Origin: Iphione sp. A-MEVVRFRX5
Lineage: Eukaryota
Direction of reading: 5' to 3'
DNA: 64,000 bases
Assembly (NCBI GenBank): GCA_976226885.1
Contig: OZ320323.1
Coordinates: 1,488,001-1,552,000 of the forward strand
The notes under the pieces were generated by a model that saw only the letters and a program-made list of their open reading frames with translations, was not told where the DNA came from and did not search any database. A program made the position numbers and the translations under genes. This document shows, in pieces, positions 52,735 through 64,000 of this stretch (the first letter of the stretch is position 1; each line of letters opens with the position of its first letter).

Positions 52735-55570
52735 CGTACTGGATCTCCTTTGCCCGAGGTGGCTCTGGCTTTGATGCAGGCTGAGGTGGGCTGTTCTCCT
52801 CCTTGCTGGAGGCTGGCAGGGCCTCCGCTATTGTCTCCTGCTCTGTCCCCACCCTTGAGGGTGTGGATGTTTTGCTGCCTCCCTCCCCAGGGGGGGTGCC
52901 TGACAACATAAAGGCCATCTCATCCCCAAACAAGTTGACTAGTACAGACTGGACCTCCACTTCTTGGGAGAGTACCGAGGGCACTCCTCCACTCCTTTGC
53001 AAGATTGTCTTCATCACTCAAGGCATCAAGGGTTGGTGACAGGCTTGGTGTTGATAGCTGGGAAGCCGGCTTAGTCAGCTGCATGGTTGAAGCCATGCAA
53101 GTTGATGTTTGCTGGAGAGATCTCTCTCCTTCTTCCCCTTAGGGGTCTGCTTCCTCTTTGGTGGCACCCTCTTGCCTTTCTTGGGTGGTGAGCAAGCCAT
53201 GGAGGTGCTAAGACGGGGCCCCCTCTCGTGTTCCACAGTGGAGCTGTCCTGAGGGTCATCCCCCCTCTTGCCTGTTTTGGTGCTGGTCTCTCCTCTGCCC
53301 CTCCACTGCCCTCGAACTCGAGCTGCTGATGCAGACCCTGCAGGGGCCACTCCCTTTTGCTCCTCTTCCTTGCAGCTTGTTGAGGCTATCTTAACATCCC
53401 CTTCCTCTTCTTGTTCCCTCAGGGAGGGTCCTTGGGCCACACGCGGAGGATCTTTGACCCGCTGTCCTTATAGAACTCGTAGTAGGACTGTCTAACCTTC
53501 TTGAGGAGCTTCTTCAAGCCCCCCTCTGCCAGATGCAGCTTGGTATCCAGGTGCCTCTGAACATCTCAAGTCTTGGTTTGGTTTGTTATTGATGCCAATT
53601 CCAGTATGAATGCCTTCAGCTGCTGATGCTTGTTTTGGACCGGCTTTTCTGGAAACCAGTTCTCTAGGGCATTCATCAGAATCCTGTAGTCTTGGATTGG
53701 ATTCTGAAATGGGGAAAATGGATGGCCAATACACTATTGAAACCCACTTAGCTGAAAATGTCATTTTAACGTCAAAATAACATTATTTTTAGGTTCCTAA
53801 GTTCAGCAAAATGCTTTTTGCCAAGTGGGAACCTACTTGTCCACTCTTGTATATCAATAATTGTCTTTTTCACCCCAAGTATTGCATCCTACCACTGTCA
53901 TCAGGCAGACCTTACCCTGTACATTATATAATTCAACTGCATTACAATGTTTAAAGGGTCACATGATGCACCAAGGCATTGGCAAAGTACTCTGCTTTGG
54001 TGTATCATGATGACAAATGAACATGAAGCCTTGAGACCTCATGCTGCCCTTAAAGGTATATATAGGATTATATCAATGCTATCTTACAATATGAACAGAA
54101 TAGGACCTTGCCTCTGCGTACTGGAGAAGGAAGATCCCACAGTCGTATGAGTTGGACTGTTGTTGGCACTTTGGGAGACTGCCCTTGAAGGTATCGCCCA
54201 CTCTACCTGCAAATACCTTTTAGAGATGAAAAGACTTGTAAAATCAATTCATTTCCCATGAGCTTGCTAGTACTAGTTATCATACTACTTATGTGACTAA
54301 CACCATGAAAGAAACCATCAAATACTTGACTTACTTCCACAGTATTTGAAAAACCATTCCTCTTCTCTTCTCATCTCTGTGTGAGTCGAATATGAGGATG
54401 TATGGTCTGAAAGGTAAAGTTGGTTTGTTTCACAAACTGGTTTTGACTCTTAATTACATTTGAAGTGTTTCAACAAAGTCACATGACAGTATGGTCTAAT
54501 ACAAACTTGCTGTTTTATGCCTCTTTTCTTGGACTCCTTCTCAGTAGGGTCTTGGATGAGCACTGGCTGCCCCTCCCCTGTTTGGCCTTCAAGTGTCTGG
54601 TTTCAGGTGTCCCTGAAAATGGGCTAGCCAGCAGTCCAATAAATATAAGTCGTGATGATCCAGAAATGGTGCTGGCCAATTGACATCTTCCTTACTGTCC
54701 TGGTGCGAGCTGCACCATTCCCGATATATCTGCATGGCCCATTTACTGGCATGTTGTTTGTTTGGAGGAATTTGTTTCTGTATTTGCTCTTTGAGCTGCT
54801 GGCATAACAGGTTCATGTAGCTCCATTGTTCCCCCCACCTCAACGTACTGTCCCCACCCTTGAGGGTGTGGATGCTTTGCTGCCTCCCTCCCCAGGGGGG
54901 GTGCCTGACAACATAAAGGCCATCTCATCCCCAAACAAGTTGACTAGTACAGACTGGACCTCCACTTCTTGGGAGAGTACCGAGGGCACTCCTCCACTCC
55001 TTTGCAAGATTGTCTTCATCACTCAAGGCATCAAGGGTTGGTGACAGGCTTGGTGTTGATAGCTGGGAAGCCTGCTTAGTCAGCTGCATGGTTGAAGCCA
55101 TGTAAGTTGATGTTTGCTGGAGAGATCTCTCTCCTTCTTCCCCTTAGGGGTCTGCTTCCTCTTTGGTGGCACCCTCTTGCCTTTCTTGGGTGGTGAGCAA
55201 GCCATGGAGGTGCTAAGACGGGGCCCCCTCTCGTGTTCCACAGTGGAGCTGTCCTGAGGGTCATCCCCCCTCTTGCCTGTTTTGGTGCTGGTCTCTCCTC
55301 TGCCCCTCCACTGCCCTCGAACTCGAGCTGCTGATGCAGACCCTGCAGGGGCCATTCCCTTTTGCTCCTCTTCCTTGCAGCTTGTTGAGGCTATCTTAAC
55401 ATCCCCTTCCTCTTCTTGTTCCCTCAGGGAGGGTCCTTGGGCCACACGCGGAGGATCTTTGACCCGCTGTCCTAATAGAACTCGTAGTAGGACTGTCTAA
55501 CCTTCTTGAGGAGCTTCTTCAAGCCCCCCTCTGCCAGATGCAGCTTGGTATCCAGGTGCCTCTGAACATC

Positions 55571-56824
55571 TCAAGTCTTGGTTTGGTTTGTTATTGATGC
55601 CAATTCCAGTATGAATGCCTTCAGCTGCTGATGCTTGTTTTGGACCGGCTTTTCTGGAAACCAGTTCTCTAGGGCATTCATCAGAATCCTGTAGTCCTGG
55701 ATTGGATTCTGAAATGGAGAATATGGAGTTATGATATGGGATGGCCAATACACTATTGAAACCCACTTAGCTGAAAATGTCATTTTAACGTCAAAATAAC
55801 ATTATTTTTAGGTTCCTAAGTTCAGCAAAATGCTTTTTGCCAAGTGGGAACCTACTTGTCCACTCTTGTATATCAATAATTGTCTTTTTCACCCCAAGTA
55901 TTGCATCCTACCACTGTCATCAGGCAGACCTTACCCTGTACATTATATAATTCAACTGCATTTACAATGTTTAAAGGGTCACATGATGCACCAAGGCATT
56001 GGCAAAGTACTTTGCATTGGTGCATCAGGATGACAAATGAACATGAAGCCTTGAGACCTCATGCTGCCTTTAAAGGTATATATAGGATTATATCAATGCT
56101 ATCTTACAATATGAACAGAATAGGACCTTGTCTCTGCGTACTGGAGAAGGAAGATCCCACAGTCGTATGAGTTGGACTGTTGTTGGCACTTTGGGAGACT
56201 GCCTTTGAAGGTATCAGAGTTGAACACCCTAGCACCACACTTTTCTTTCCATTTGATTGCCCACTCTACCTGCAAATACCTGTTAGAGATGAAGAGACTT
56301 GTAAAATCAATTCATTTCCCATGAGGTTGCTAGTACTAGTTATCATACTACTTACGTGACTAACACCATGAAAGAAACCATCAAATACTTGACTTACTTC
56401 CACAGTATTTGAAAAACCATTCCTCTTCTCTTCTCATCTCTGTGTGAGTCGAATATGAGGATGTATGGTCTGAAAGGTAAAGTTGGTTTGTTTCACAAAC
56501 TGGTTTTGACTCTTAATTACATTTGAAGTGTTTCAACAAAGTCACATGACAGTATGGTCTAATACAAACTTGCTGTTTTATGCCTCTTTTCTTGGACTCC
56601 TTTTCAGTAGGGTCTTGGATGAGCACTGGCTGCCCCTCCCCTGTTTGGCCTTCAAGTGTCTGATGATCCAGAAATGGTGCTGGCCAATTGACATCTTCCT
56701 TACTGTCCTGGTGCGAGCTGCACCATTCCTGATATATCTGCATGGCCCATTTACTGGCATGTTGTTTGTTTGGAGGAATTTGTTTCTGTATTCGCTCTTT
56801 GAGCTGCTGGCATGACAGGTTCAT
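55571..56824 (-). CDS. Predicted open spliced chimera (Crypton-like N-terminus + SENP6/7 C-terminal half), ~210 aa
   Basis: Exons 56574-56824, 56398-56469, 56108-56279 and 55571-55708 join without a stop (GC donor on the first intron); expression unknown. Confidence 0.3.
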
Positions 56825-59688
56825 GTAGCTCCATTGTTCCCCCCACCTCAACGTACTGGATCTCCTTTGCCCGAGGTGGCTCTGGCTTTGATGCAGGCTG
56901 AGGTGGGCTGTTCTCCTCCTTGCTGGAGGCTGGCAGGGCCTCCGCTATTGTCTCCTGCTCTGTCCCCACCCTTGAGGGTGTGGATGTTTTGCTGCCTCCC
57001 TCCCCAGGGGGGGTGCCTGACAACATAAAGGCCATCTCATCCCCAAACAAGTTGACTAGTACAGACTGGACCTCCACTTCTTGGGAGAGTATCGAGGGCA
57101 CTCCTCCACTCCTTTGCAAGATTGTCTTCATCACTCAAGGCATCAAGGGTTGGTGACAGGCTTGGTGTTGATAGCTGGGAAGCCGGCTTAGTCAGCTGCA
57201 TGGTTGAAGCCATGCAAGTTGATGTTTGCTGGAGAGATCTCTCTCCTTCTTCCCCTTAGGGGTCTGCTTCCTCTTTGGTGGCACCCTCTTGCCTTTCTTG
57301 GGTGGTGAGCAAGCCATGGAGGTGCTAAGACGGGGCCCCCTCTCGTGTTCCACAGTGGAGCTGTCCTGAGGGTCATCCCCCCTCTTGCCTGTTTTGGTGC
57401 TGGTCTCTCCTCTGCCCCTCCACTGCCCTCGAACTCGAGCTGCTGATGCAGACCGTGCAGGGGCCACTCCCTTTTGCTCCTCTTCCTTGCAGCTTGTTGA
57501 GGCTATCTTAACATCCCCTTCCTCTTCTTGTTCCCTCAGGGAGGGTCCTTGGGCCACACGCGGAGGATCTTTGACCCGCTGTCCTTATAGAACTCGTAGT
57601 AGGACTGTCTAACCTTCTTAAGGAGCTTCTTCAAGCCCCCCTCTGCCAGATGCAGCTTGGTATCCAGGTGCCTCTGAACATCTCAAGTCTTGGTTTGGTT
57701 TGTTATTGATGCCAATTCCAGTATGAATGCCTTCAGCTGCTGATGCTTGTTTTGGACCGGCTTTTCTGGAAACCAGTTCTCTAGGGCATTCATCAGAATC
57801 CTGTAGTCCTGGATTGGATTCTGAAATGGGGAAAATGGATGGCCAATACACTATTGAAACCCACTTAGCTGAAAATGTCATTTTAACGTCAAAATAACAT
57901 TATTTTTAGGTTCCTAAGTTCAGCAAAATGCTTTTTGCCAAGTGGGAACCTACTTGTCCACTCTTGTATATCAATAATTGTCTTTTTCACCCCAAGTATT
58001 GCATCCTACCACTGTCAGCAGGCAGACCTTACCCTGTACATTATATAATTCAACTGCATTTACAATGTTTAAAGGGTCACATGATGCACCAAGGCATTGG
58101 CAAAGTACTCTGCTTTGGTGTATCATGATGACAAATGAACATGAAGCCTTGAGACCTCATGCTGCCCTTAAAGGTATATATAGGATTATATCAATGCTAT
58201 CTTACAATATGAACAGAATAGGACCTTGCCTCTGTGTACTGGAGAAGGAAGATCCCACAGTCGTATGAGTTGGACTGTTGTTGGCACTTTGGGAGACCTC
58301 CCTTGAAGGTATCGCCCACTCTACCTGCAAATACCTGTTAGAGATGAAAAGACTTGTAAAATCAATTCATTTCCCATGAGCTTGCTAGTACTAGTTATCA
58401 TACTACTTACGTGACTAACACCATGAAAGAAACCATCAAATACTTGACTTACTTCCACAGTATTTGAAAAACCATTCCTCTTCTCTTCTCATCTCTGTGT
58501 GAGTCGAATATGAGGATGTATGGTCTGAAAGGTAAAGTTGGTTTGTTTCACAAACTGGTTTTGACTCTTAATTACATTTGAAGTGTTTCAACAAAGTCAC
58601 ATGACAGTATGGTCTAATACAAACTTGCTGTTTTATGCCTCTTTTCTTGGACTCCTTCTCAGTAGGGTCTTGGATGAGCACTGGCTGCCCCTCCCCTGTT
58701 TGGCCTTCAAGTGTCTGGTTTCAGGTGTCCCTGAAAATGGGCTAGCCAGCAGTCCAATAAATATAAGTCGTGATGATCCAGAAATGGTGCTGGCCAATTG
58801 ACATCTTCCTTACTGTCCTGGTGCGAGCTGCACCATTCCCGATATATCTGCATGGCCCATTTACTGGCATGTTGTTTGTTTGGAGGAATTTGTTTCTGTA
58901 TTTGCTCTTTGAGCTGCTGGCATGACAGGTTCATGTAGCTCCATTGTTCCCCCCACCTCAACGTACTGTCCCCACCCTTGAGGGTGTGGATGCTTTGCTG
59001 CCTCCCTCCCCAGGGGGGGTGCCTGACAACATAAAGGCCATCTCATCCCCAAACAAGTTGACTAGTACAGACTGGACCTCCACTTCTTGGGAGAGTACCG
59101 AGGGCACTCCTCCACTCCTTTGCAAGATTGTCTTCATCACTCAAGGCATCAAGGGTTGGTGACAGGCTTGGTGTTGATAGCTGGGAAGCCTGCTTAGTCA
59201 GCTGCATGGTTGAAGCCATGCAAGTTGATGTTTGCTGGAGAGATCTCTCTCCTTCTTCCCCTTAGGGGTCTGCTTCCTCTTTGGTGGCACCCTCTTGCCT
59301 TTCTTGGGTTGTGAGCAAGCCATGGAGGTGCTAAGACGGGGCCCCCTCTCGTGTTCCACAGTGGAGCTGTCCTGAGGGTCATCCCCCCTCTTGCCTGTTT
59401 TGGTGCTGGTCTCTCCTCTGCCCCTCCACTGCCCTCGAACTCGAGCTGCTGATGCAGACCCTGCAGGGGCCACTCCCTTTTGCTCCTCTTCCTTGCAGCT
59501 TGTTGAGGCTATCTTAACATCCCCTTCCTCTTCTTGTTCCCTCAGGGAGGGTCCTTGGGCCACATGCGGAGGATCTTTGACCCGCTGTCCTTATAGAACT
59601 CGTAGTAGGACTGTCTAACCTTCTTGAGGAGCTTCTTCAAGCCCCCCTCTGCCAGATGCAGCTTGGTATCCAGGTGCCTCTGAACATC

Positions 59689-60942
59689 TCAAGTCTTGGT
59701 TTGCTTTGTTATTGATGCCAATTCCAGTATGAATGCCTTCAGCTGCTGATGCTTGTTTTGGACCGGCTTTTCTGGAAACCAGTTCTCTAGGGCATTCATC
59801 AGAATCCTGTAGTCCTGGATTGGATTCTGAAATGGGGAAAATGGAGTTATGATATGGGATGGCCAATACACTATTGAAACCCACTTAGCTGAAAATGTCA
59901 TTTTAACGTCAAAATAACATTATTTTTAGGTTCCTAAGTTCAGCAAAATGCTTTTTGCCAAGTGGGAACCTACTTGTCCACTCTTGTATATCAATAATTG
60001 TCTTTTTCACCCCAAGTATTGCATCCTACCACTGTCATCAGGCAGACCTTACCCTGTACATTATATAATTCCACTGCATTTACAATGTTTAAAGGGTCAC
60101 ATGATGCACCAAGGCATTGGCAAAGTACTTTGCATTGGTGCATCAGGATGACAAATGAACATGAAGCCTTGAGACCTCATGCTGCCTTTAAAGGTATATA
60201 TAGGATTATATCAATGCTATCTTACAATATGAACAGAATAGGACCTTGTCTCTGCGTACTGGAGAAGGAAGATCCCACAGTCGTATGAGTTGGACTGTTG
60301 TTGGCACTTTGGGAGACTGCCCTTGAAGGTATCAGAGTTGAACACCCTAGCACCACACTTTTCTTTCCATTTGATTGCCCACTCTACCTGCAAATACCTG
60401 TTAGAGATGAAAAGACTTGTAAAATCAATTCATTTCCCATGAAGTTGCTAGTACTAGTTATCATACTACTTACGTGACTAACACCATGAAAGAAACCATC
60501 AAATACTTGACTTACTTCCACAGTATTTGAAAAACCATTCCTCTTCTCTTCTCATCTCTGTGTGAGTCGAATATGAGGATGTATGGTCTGAAAGGTAAAG
60601 TTGGTTTGTTTCACAAACTGGTTTTGACTCTTAATTACATTTGAAGTGTTTCAACAAAGTCACATGACAGTATGGTCTAATACAAACTTGCTGTTTTATG
60701 CCTCTTTTCTTGGACTCCTTCTCAGTAGGGTCTTGGATGAGCACTGGCTGCCCCTCCCCTGTTTGGCCTTCAAGTGTCTGATGATCCAGAAATGGTGCTG
60801 GCCAATTGACATCTTCCTTACTGTCCTGGTGCGAGCTGCACCATTCCCGATATATCTGCATGGCCCATTTACTGGCATGTTGTTTGTTTGGAGGAATTTG
60901 TTTCTGTATTCGCTCTTTGAGCTGCTGGCATGACAGGTTCAT
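59689..60942 (-). CDS. Second copy of the predicted open spliced chimera
   Basis: Exons 60692-60942, 60516-60587, 60226-60397 and 59689-59826; offset 4118 bp from the first copy. Confidence 0.3.
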
Positions 60943-63900
60943 GTAGCTCCATTGTTCCCCCCACCTCAACGTACTGGATCTCCTTTGCACGAGGTGGCTC
61001 TGGCTTTGATGCAGGCTGAGGTGGGCTGTTCTCCTCCTTGCTGGAGGCTGGCAGGGCCTCCGCTATTGTCTCCTGCTCTGTCCCCACCCTTGAGGGTGTG
61101 GATGTTTTGCTGCCTCCCTCCCCAGGGGGGGTGCCTGACAACATAAAGGCCATCTCATCCCCAAACAAGTTGACTAGTACAGACTGGACCTCCACTTCTT
61201 GGGAGAGTACCGAGGGCACTCCTCCACTCCTTTGCAAGATTGTCTTCATCACTCAAGGCATCAAGGGTTGGTGACAGGCTTGGTGTTGATAGCTGGGAAG
61301 CCGGCTTAGTCAGCTGCATGGTTGAAGCCATGCAAGTTGATGTTTGCTGGAGAGATCTCTCTCCTTCTTCCCCTTAGGGGTCTGCTTCCTCTTTGGTGGC
61401 ACCCTCTTGCCTTTCTTGGGTGGTGAGCAAGCCATGGAGGTGCTAAGACGGGGCCCCCTCTCGTGTTCCACAGTGGAGCTGTCCTGAGGGTCATCCCCCC
61501 TCTTGCCTGTTTTGGTGCTGGTCTCTCCTCTGCCCCTCCACTGCCCTCGAACTCGAGCTGCTGATGCAGACCCTGCAGGGGCCACTCCCTTTTGCTCCTC
61601 TTCCTTGCAGCTTGTTGAGGCTATCTTAACATCCCCTTCCTCTTCTTGTTCCCTCAGGGAGGGTCCTTGGGCCACACGCGGAGGATCTTTGACCCGCTGT
61701 CCTTATAGAACTCGTAGTAGGACTGTCTAACCTTCTTAAGGAGCTTCTTCAAGCCCCCCTCTGCCAGATGCAGCTTGGTATCCAGGTGCCTCTGAACATC
61801 TCAAGTCTTGGTTTGGTTTGTTATTGATGCCAATTCCAGTATGAATGCCTTCAGCTGCTGTTGCTTGTTTTGGACCGGCTTTTCTGGAAACCAGTTCTCT
61901 AGGGCATTCATCAGAATCCTGTAGTCCTGGATTGGATTCTGAAATGGGGAAAATGGATGGCCAATACACTATTGAAACCCACTTAGCTGAAAATGTCATT
62001 TTAACGTCAAAATAACATTATTTTTAGGTTCCTAAGTTCAGCAAAATGCTTTTTGCCAAGTGGGAACCTACTTGTCCACTCTTGTATATCAATAATTGTC
62101 TTTTTCACCCCAAGTATTGCATCCTACCACTGTCAGCAGGTAGACCTTACCCTGTACATTATATAATTCAACTGCATTTACAATGTTTAAAGGGTCACAT
62201 GATGCACCAAGGCATTGGCAAAGTACTCTGCTTTGGTGTATCATGATGACAAATGAACATGAAGCCTTGAGACCTCATGCTGCCCTTAAAGGTATATACA
62301 GGATTATATCAATGCTATCTTACAATATGAACAGAATACGACCTTGCCTCTGCGTACTGGAGAAGGAAGATCCCACAGTCGTATGAGTTGGACTGTTGTT
62401 GGCACTTTGGGAGACTGCCCTTGAAGGTATCGCCCACTCTACCTGCAAATACCTGTTAGAGATGAAAAGACTTGTAAAATCAATTCATTTCCCATGAGGT
62501 TGCTAGTACTAGTTATCATACTACTTACGTGACTAACACCATGAAAGAAACCATCAAACACTTGACTTACTTCCACAGTATTTGAAAAACCATTCCTCTT
62601 CTCTTCTCATCTCTGTGTGAGTCGAATATGAGGATGTATGGTCTGAAAGGTAAAGTTGGTTTGTTTCACAAACTGGTTTTGACTCTTAATTACATTTGAA
62701 GTGTTTCAACAAAGTCACATGACAGTATGGTCTAATACAAACTTGCTGTTTTATGCCTCTTTTCTTGGACTCCTTCTCAGTAGGGTCTTGGATGAGCACT
62801 GGCTGCCCCTCCCCTGTTTGGCCTTCAAGTGTCTGGTTTCAGGTGTCCCTGAAAATGGGCTAGCCAGCAGTCCAATAAATATAAGTCGTGATGATCCAGA
62901 AATGGTGCTGGCCAATTGACATCTTCCTTACTGTCCTGGTGCGAGCTGCACCATTCCCGATATATCTGCATGGCCCATTTACTGGCATGTTGTTTGTTTG
63001 GAGGAATTTGTTTCTGTATTTGCTCTTTGAGCTGCTGGCATAACAGGTTCATGTAGCTCCATTGTTCCCCCCACCTCAACGTACTGTCCCCACCCTTGAG
63101 GGTGTGGATGCTTTGCTGCCTCCCTCCCCAGGGGGGGTGCCTGACAACATAAAGGCCATCTCATCCCCAAACAAGTTGACTAGTACAGACTGGACCTCCA
63201 CTTCTTGGGAGAGTACCGAGGGCACTCCTCCACTCCTTTGCAAGATTGTCTTCATCACTCAAGGCATCAAGGGTTGGTGACAGGCTTGGTGTTGATAGCT
63301 GGGAAGCCTGCTTAGTCAGCTGCATGGTTGAAGCCATGCAAGTTGATGTTTGCTGGAGAGATCTCTCTCCTTCTTCCCCTTAGGGGTCTGCTTCCTCTTT
63401 GGTGGCACCCTCTTGCCTTTCTTGGGTGGTGAGCAAGCCATGGAGGTGCTAAGACGGGGCCCCCTCTCGTGTTCCACAGTGGAGCTGTCCTGAGGGTCAT
63501 CCCCCCTCTTGCCTGTTTTGGTGCTGGTCTCTCCTCTGCCCCTCCACTGCCCTCGAACTCGAGCTGCTGATGCAGACCCTGCAGGGGCCACTCCCTTTTG
63601 CTCCTCTTCCTTGCAGCTTGTTGAGGCTATCTTAACATCCCCTTCCTCTTCTTGTTCCCTCAGGGAGGGTCCTTGGGCCACACGCGGAGGATCTTTGACC
63701 CGCTGTCCTTATAGAACTCGTAGTAGGACTGTCTAACCTTCTTGAGGAGCTTCTTCAAGCCCCCCTCTGCCAGATGCAGCTTGGTATCCAGGTGCCTCTG
63801 AACATCTCAAGTCTTGGTTTGGTTTGTTATTGATGCCAATTCCAGTATGAATGCCTTCAGCTGCTGATGCTTGTTTTGGACCGGATTTTCTGGAAACCAG

Positions 63901-64000
63901 TTCTCTAGGGCATTCATCAGAATCCTGTAGTCCTGGATTGGATTCTGAAATGGGGAAAATGGAGTTATGATATGGGATGGCCAATACACTATTGAAACCC

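Larger units (their letters stand above)
48290..64000. repeat. Tandem array of ~2.0-2.17-kb units (at least 8 starts) with a 4118-bp higher-order dimer; continues past the window end
   Basis: Marker ORF starts at 49041, 51101, 53268, 55273, 57385, 59391, 61503 and 63509 (spacings 2060, 2167, 2005, 2112, 2006, 2112, 2006). Confidence 0.97.

Noticed and set aside
49041-63736. Recurrent plus-strand ORFs in the array (MPVLVLVSP..., MLFAKWEPT..., MSFSPQVLH..., MFQQSHMT...)
   Set aside because: No recognisable motifs; they lie antisense to the SENP/Crypton-like pieces or in introns, and recur only because the DNA is repeated.
48290-64000. Array as a pure assembly artefact, or as intact SENP gene copies
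   Set aside because: Units carry structured, copy-specific SNPs and indels, which argues against simple artefact. No unit contains the catalytic-His exon, so none is a complete protease gene.

Overview
Animal genomic DNA, most likely from an invertebrate; the species cannot be determined from this window. The left half (298-30940, minus strand) is a complete CKAP5/ch-TOG/XMAP215 gene. I traced it by hand as 39 phase-consistent exons (6120 nt, 2039 aa, including two candidate microexons). Many of its splice sites have tandem echoes in the neighbouring introns. From 32 to 48 kb there is a nested set of decayed retroelements. The first is a Penelope-like GIY-YIG element carrying an inserted minimal hammerhead ribozyme and a 502-bp MITE with an 8-bp TSD. 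Next come an RTE 5' fragment and two CR1/L2-like LINEs, each with a stand-alone SGNH-esterase ORF ahead of APE-RT. The better-preserved LINE also has an upstream L1-type ORF1 fused to a NADAR (YbiA-like ADP-ribose/N-glycosidase) domain, which is the most striking finding. From 48.3 kb to the window end is a ~2.06-kb tandem array organised as a 4118-bp dimer. Its unit contains the last exons of a SENP6/7-like SUMO protease joined to a Crypton/ZMYM-like fragment. All domain calls are motif recognition by eye, not database searches.
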